The notes under the pieces were generated by a model, which was given only the letters and a program-made list of their open reading frames with translations, was not told where the DNA came from and did no database searches. 64,000 nt of DNA from Camelus ferus (lineage: Eukaryota), in contig NC_045707.1 of assembly GCF_009834535.1 (NCBI RefSeq), positions 868,001 through 932,000 on the forward strand. Direction: 5' to 3'. The position numbers and the translations under genes are program-made. Shown one piece after another: positions 57,913 to 64,000 of the stretch. The first letter of the stretch is position 1. Each line of letters begins with the position of its first letter.

Positions 57913-59827
57913 ACTGTTTCTCTGTCCACTTTTATCTGGACTTTTTTGACATTTCCTCCCGTTGTGTCTGTCCTGCTCAATATCAACTCTATACCCCAGA
58001 AGATTTCTCCAATGCAAAGCTTGGTCTTGAAAGGGTAGGGTATGTTGACCAGTACGGGGCACAGACTGCTTCAGTCCCTTCAGGCATTGTGTGACCACCA
58101 GGTGTTCACTCACAAATTATAGAGGAAACTTCTCCCAGTGTCACTTGCTATCCTCAAGTTGACTTGCTACACTTCTTAAAGAATATGTGATATTATTTGG
58201 GGGGTGGGTTCTTCTGGCATCAGTCCTCAGGTTTCCCCCTGCACCCCAATACATAGAGGCTGATACTGTGCTGTGGTTTGTCTTCACGGGGCCCTATTAT
58301 GGTGTTCATGAGGATATCTTATCACTTGGTTGTGTTGTAGATACTTATTGTCTGTGCAGTTTTAGTTTTGCTACCCTCATTGCTCTGTATGGTCTCATGG
58401 GAAGGGATTCAGAAACTGCTGTATCACAGTAGCCATCTTTCCATGACTCCAAAATATGGTTTTCAAATTGTCAAAATGGCTGTAGGTGCAGGACACCCCC
58501 AAAGTGCAGAGGAAAGTTGAGGGGGAGGTTGGAGGTCAGCTAGAGGCGGTAACTGCTGTCTGAATGGAGCCCCAGAGGAGTCAGTTGGATAAATAAAGGA
58601 GAACAAGGTATTCAGGCACAGGGAGCGGCACGTGTGAGCGGTCAGGGCGATGAGACAGCATGTTGCATGTGGGACGGGAGAGGCCCTGGTGCTTGCCCTT
58701 TGCTAGGTGGGTGTCTGAAGATGTGGGCGTGCACACCTCCTCACTTTTGTACAGGATGTAAGCCTCTGCTTTTCTGCACTGGCAGTCTTATTCTGCAGGA
58801 TGGATTGGTTTTTATGTATTGCGAGTTCTCACCTTTCTGGTCCCTATGTAATTTCTCATTATTCATTGCTATTTACAATCCTCTCAATTTAGAGCCATCT
58901 GTGAGGTTAATTTCAATGTTGTTTACTCTTTTCTCCCAAATCATTAATGAAGATAAAACATTCAATGGAATTGAGTTTTGCAGCCATTTCTGGGAAATTC
59001 CCCCGAGGCTCCCTCTTGTTCTAGGAAATCACCTTTAATTCAAACATGTTATCACCCCTTTGGTCAGTTGCTCATATGGATAGTAGGCTACAGTTTGTGT
59101 TCATTTAAATCCAATTTTTCACAAAGGCTCCATGGGATAACCCAACCCTAGTCTTCAACAAAACAATAAAGAAGTAATCAAAGATATGCAAATTAAGGCA
59201 TTATTGAGAAGTCTGAGGTTTTCGCTGATTAAATTTGTAAAAGCTTGAAAGGTTAGCACCCACTGATGGTAAAGTATGCTGAAATTAGTATTTCTAAATG
59301 CTTTTGTAAATCAATATGGCAGTTAAGCATTAAGGCCATAAGAAGGTTTATCCTTTTCACCAGTAGAATTGTGAATTTGTCCTGAGCAAATACTTCTAGA
59401 TGAAAGAAAAAAAAATGCGGATGAAAATCACTGTTGAAGTGTTAACTGCCATGTTATAAAATGGGAGCAACCCAAATCCATTTGCAATAGGGGAATTATC
59501 AAATAAATTAAGGTGCATCAACAGAATTAATGGAAAGTGATAAATACATAGGGGGGTCTCAACAATTGGTAGCTACTATTCTTATTGTTGTTGTTGTTAT
59601 TAATATCTTTGTTACTGTTATTAACCTCTGACCCTAGGGACAAGTTGTTTTTTCCTCTGATGCCAAGACACAACTCCAGTTTACTAATAGGAACATATTT
59701 TGTCTTCTAAAATAATTATCAAGAAATGAAATTAAGACCAATAGTTGCAACTTAGGGAGCGCTAGAATGCAGTTTCCTATCGATAAGAACTCTGGAATAG
59801 TTAAAACTCTTCAAAGTTGAGATGAAG

Positions 59828-60300
59828 CAGGAATGTTCATAGCAGCGTTATTCATCATAGCCCCAAATTGAAACTAACCTATATGTCCATCAACTGATGG
59901 GTGGATAAATAAAATGTGATATAGTGGAATATTATTTGTCAATAAAAGGAAGTAGTGATACATGCTACCATGTGGAGGAAACTTGAAAACATTGTGCTAA
60001 ATGAAAGAAGCCAGGCAGAAAGTTCACTTTGCATGGTGCCACTTATAGGAAATGTCTAGAATAGGCAAACCCATAGAGCTAGAAAGAAGATGAGTGATTG
60101 TTTAGAAATGAGGAGGGACATGTGGAGTGGGGAGTGACTGCTCAGGGGCATGGGTTTCTTTTCTGGGATGATGAAATGTGCTATAATTGACTGTAGTGAT
60201 GGTTGCAACTTCTCTGTGTACATAGAAACCATTGAATTGTACACCTCAAACGGGTGAGTTGAATGGTATGTGAATTATATCTCAATAAAGCTGGTACCAA
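59828..60300 (+). mobile_element. L1MB-like 3' end
   Basis: GAATGTTCATAGCAGCGTTATTCATCATAGCCCCAAA..GAATAGGCAAACCCATAGAG..GTAGTGATGGTTGCA..GGTATGTGAATTATATCTCAATAAAGCTG. Confidence 0.88.
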
Positions 60301-60624
60301 AAGAGGATGAAATAAGTCGGTGACAGGAAACCCAGTTATTCAGCCAGTCTCTCTAATAGGCAATAATTCAACCTGTAGCATGACCTAAGAGAAATAGAAT
60401 GCCTGAATATTGATGTTAATATTCTTTTTCAACAAAATCCCAGCACCTCATAACTATTCTACAGTTTAGTGCAATTCTGATTTTTAATGTCCCTCCACCT
60501 TCACAGTTTTCAGGCAGTGAAAGCAGCTTTAGGAAATTTCAAAGACTGGCAAATCACCTGAACCTAAAACCAGGAGATTTTGATCTCATTTGGTCTCTTT
60601 GTAAGTTTAGAAAGCTTATCAGTT

Positions 60625-61078
60625 AAAATTAGGTTTTGCAGAAAATGACAGAAACCTCAAGATAATAGTAAATTAAACAAAGTGGGTGAAAATTAATTCT
60701 CCTCCATGTAAATGGAGGTAAATATAAATAATCCAAGGTGGACAAAACAGTTCTGTGATCCCTGGGTCCCAGTTCCTTTTGAGCATCCATCATCTCAAAA
60801 CAGCCTTCACTTCATAGTCCATAATAGCTGCCCAGATCTTGCTAACTCATCAGCATTCCAGCTAGGAATGAGGAGGACAGAGAGAAAAGAAGAACATAGT
60901 TTTTCCATGTATGGATTTATTCTAGAAATTGGGCATAACTTTTACATGTTTCCTTTTCTTAGAATTTAGTCATAAGCCATAATTAGCTGCCAGGGTGGCT
61001 AGAAAAATGTTTTTATTTTGGGTGGCCACATGCCTAGCTAAAATTTGAAGGGGAGAATGGACATTGGAGGACTAGCTT
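60625..61078 (-). mobile_element. ERVL-MaLR solo LTR, MLT1J-like
   Basis: ATTAGGTTTTGCAGAAAATGACAGAAACC..CAGCATTCCAGCTAGGAATGAGG..AGAATTTAGTCATAAGCCA..AGCTGCCAGGG..GGGGAGAATGGACATTGG. Confidence 0.8.
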
Positions 61079-61996
61079 TCTCTAATATAAAGTGTCTCTG
61101 CCCCTAATTTTTCACGTGCAGATGTAGGAAAATGTATATTCAGACTTCTTAGGTTTGGATCCTATCTGACCTGGAAAATCACTTAACAGCCATGAAACTA
61201 TATCATCTCCTACAGAATGAGAAAACTCTTCCTACCTCATTAAATTATGGGAAGGGTTAAACATAGTAATCTATGGCAAAAGGGTTTTATAAACTATAAA
61301 GCAGTACCCAAACGGTAGATTTAGCTTGGAAAATAATTCACATGGGTAAGATATAATAGCTGGTTTTCAATGTCTGAAGAAATTCCCAAGGAAGATAGTT
61401 TTTGAAAAAACCTCTGTCACTCCAGAGGGCAAAACGAGCCTCCAGCTGAGTACCAGATAGCCAGTGTCCTCCGTCCCAGAAACACTCCCTGGGTACCACT
61501 TCCTTGTAGGTTGCCTTTCTCTTTCTTCTTCCTCCTATCCTTCCCTGCATCTAGGATCTGTAGTAGACAGTCTCGATGGTCTGCTGATACACAAGACATC
61601 TAGGTTGGAAAGCCAAGTGGGGAAGGAACAGTTGACACGTGTGTAGGTTGAACTTCTAAGTTTCTATTCACAGCATGTACAGAAGACAGAACATGGGCTT
61701 TGGTGTAACGTAGTGTGTTCCCTGAAAGCTCCTCAAAGGTAGAGCTTGCATCTGTAGTCCTTCTTTCGTCTGTGTCCCCAGAGCCTCACCTGGGCTGGGA
61801 GCAGAAGCCTGGTCTCATTGAAGATCTGTTGAACTGTTATTCAAGAGGGGCCTTATCTTAAATCTCAGCTCTCTTACTGACCAGATGTGAGGCCAACAGA
61901 ACTTCACCTCTGCATGCTATAACTTTCCTCATCTGAAAAACTGAAAATACTAAAAGTTGAAAGGATTCAACGGGACCAGAACTCAATGTAAGCGTC

Positions 61997-62433
61997 CGTA
62001 TCAGTTTCTGGAGGCTGTTTTGACAAATTGCCACAAACACGGCAGCTTAAAATAACAGAAATGAGTTCTCTCACAGCTCTGGAGCCAGAGGTGCTGCACT
62101 TCCTCTGGAGGTTCGTGGGGAGAACCCTCCTTTGCCTCTTCCAGCTCACGGTGTCTGCTGGCATCCCGTTCTTTGTGGCCACTTCACTCCAGTCTCTCGC
62201 CTCCGTCTTCACGTTGCCTTCTCTTCCCTGTATATTTTCCTCTTCTGTTTCTTTTAAGGAGATTTGTCATTGGATTTAAAGCCCGCTGGGTGATCCAGGA
62301 TGATCTCATCTCAAGATCCTAAGTTACATCTTCAAAGACTCTTTTTCCAAATAAGGTCACATTCACAGGTTCCATGGATTTGAACTTGGACTTACCTTTT
62401 GGGGAAGTAGGGGCACCACTGAACCCATTAAGT
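61997..62433 (-). mobile_element. ERVL-MaLR solo LTR, MLT1D-like
   Basis: GTATCAGTTTC..ACAAATTGCCACAAAC..GCTTAAAATAACAGAAATG..TCCAGGATGATCTCATCTCAAGATCCT..TTCCAAATAAGGTCACATTCACAGGTTCC. Confidence 0.88.
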
Positions 62434-63977
62434 ACTTTTCATCAAGTTTCTCTTCCCAGCGGAAGGACTCTAGCAGCCTGTGGAATTCAAGAAACTTTAC
62501 ATGCAACTTTTCACTCTAGTAACCTTCAGTTTAAAGTGTTGCTATCCTTTTCTCTGTGCTTGTTCATTCTTGTGGATACAGAGATGAGGGATATCCAGTC
62601 TCTTAGAAGCTCAGTCCAGCGGATGCAGTTCACTCATTCTGAATCCACGTTCTACAAAATCTGTAGCTGCAATAACATAGTCACCCCCATGGAAACCCTA
62701 ACAATTCACTTACTTACGCATCCTCCAAATGCTTATTGAATGTCTCCTTTGCCAAGATCTTTGCTAAACCAAAGGGGAGACTCGAAGGTGGCTAAAATAC
62801 AATATCTACCTTCAAGAAGCTTACAATAAAAAAAAAGGGGGGATTTGAAATACATAAAAAGAATGATCGCTTATAGTAGAAAGATAAAGTGAAACTGGAC
62901 TTTCAAACCCTGTGCAATGAAAATAACATGCAAACATTGGAAACAGAGACTCCCAAAGCCTGTACCTGCCTATGTGCATCATGCAGTTTTAAAAACGTCC
63001 ACTGACGGTTGAATACTCTTAGCTCAGAGACAATCAAGGGAGGGTTTATTCTTGAGAGTGCAGTTTTTCAGAATGTTCTGAGAAAGAGTGAATGTTTTTA
63101 ATGGGGAGGTTAAAGTTGAAATGTATTTGGGGATTGAGGGAGGGGAGGGCTTGGAAAGATACCAATTGTATTATTAATAACATTGATCCAAGCTAGGCCA
63201 GTGGAAATAGAAGGAGGAATTACATCAATAAGACAAATGGTACCTCCTGTGCCCTTGAACTCAGTATTGATAGAAGAGTGGATGGGGAGATTTGGGCAAT
63301 CAATGAAGCTACCTCTAAAATCTCAAGGCAATTGATTGAAAGAGAGTAAACAAGTGAAAAAAAAATTCAGCCTTTCATCATTGCAAATGAGGCCACACTG
63401 TTGATCATCGGCTCTTAAAATCAGACTCAATACAAGCTGTAGAAGAGAAAAAAAAGATGTCATGTCATCTGAAAATAGGTTAGTCTGCTCCGTTGTATTT
63501 ATAGGAGGAGAATGATCTAGTTCATGCCTTCTAAGTAGTTCAACTTCTGTTTATGAAATCAAACCAGCCCCCTTCAGGATGATGGAATATCTACCTTGAC
63601 TTAAAAACCCATCCTTATTGGTGTTCGTATGTTTAAAAAAAAAAAAAAAGGGAAATGGAAATGTTCCATCAACGTGTTCTGATGCTAAAATGAAATACAC
63701 TGCGGTGTGTTTTATTGGTACAGAAGTGCAACCTCGCTTAACGGCAGCTCCCCTGCAAACTTCTTACTCACTTTTGAACTTCTTAACCAAGAGTCTAAAT
63801 AGCCCAGAGTTTGAGCCCCATATTGACCTCAACAGACTTTCTTGAACAGAACATATTGAATAAATCTAGTATTTTGGATAAGCTAGGAAAAGGTTGGACT
63901 TTTATGTGTGTTATTATTTGTGGTACCTCTTAGTTACTGGGAATTCTCAGAAAATGGGTTGATCTGATTACCAGGTA

Positions 63978-64000
63978 TTTTTATTTTTTTTTTATTGAAG
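63978..64000 (-). mobile_element. Probable 3' terminus of another young L1, cut by the window edge
   Basis: T-rich run ending TTTTTATTGAAG, the same junction seen at 1397 and 22064; only a few diagnostic bases are visible. Confidence 0.5.

Larger units (their letters stand above)
53700..58450 (-). mobile_element. Large fragmented old L1 (L1MC-like): 3' UTR, ORF1-region and 5' end
   Basis: 3'UTR-like 53700-56400; antisense ORF1-like 56830-57780 (TTAAATATGTTACCCATTGTCCTCTGGC..GACAATCTGATATT); 5' end ..GTAGCCATCTTTCC near 58440; contains younger nested L1 pieces and a gap. Confidence 0.7.

Noticed and set aside
1-64000. Protein-coding genes from the six-frame ORF track, and any prokaryote-type system (CRISPR, operon, defence island)
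   Set aside because: All ORFs are 171 aa or shorter, many start at non-ATG codons, overlap repeats or span N-gaps, and none resembles a known protein except decayed L1 ORF2 (e.g. 1445-1642). The sequence is mammalian; there are no spaced direct-repeat arrays.

Overview
Mammalian non-coding DNA, very probably from a camelid (alpaca, llama or camel). The basis is five copies of a tRNA-Ala(AGC)-derived SINE of the Vic-1 type and cetartiodactyl-type L1 3' ends, with no Alu, Bov-tA/BovB or PRE-1 recognised. By eye about half of the window is interspersed repeat: L1, L2, MIR, ERVL-MaLR (MLT1), ERVL and ERV1 solo LTRs, and hAT-Charlie and Tigger DNA transposon relics. Four N-gaps lie inside L1 sequence. 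I cannot support any protein-coding gene, functional tRNA/rRNA, CRISPR array or prokaryote-type system. None of the supplied ORFs is recognisable as a real protein apart from decayed L1 fragments. Repeat family names come from my recall of consensus sequences, not from a database search, so subfamily labels and most repeat boundaries are approximate. I found no convincing new biological system. The best leads are: (1) a strong minus-strand bias of LTRs and L1s, suggesting the window lies in a large intron of an unseen plus-strand transcription unit; (2) an unexplained one-strand GGAAA-periodic array at 31.5-32.6 kb; (3) an old L1 fragment that is anomalously CpG-rich; (4) a twin-primed L1 insertion with target-site duplication; (5) candidate enhancers, namely a near-perfect RFX X-box and an inverted pair of CTG-N8/9-AGATAA motifs.
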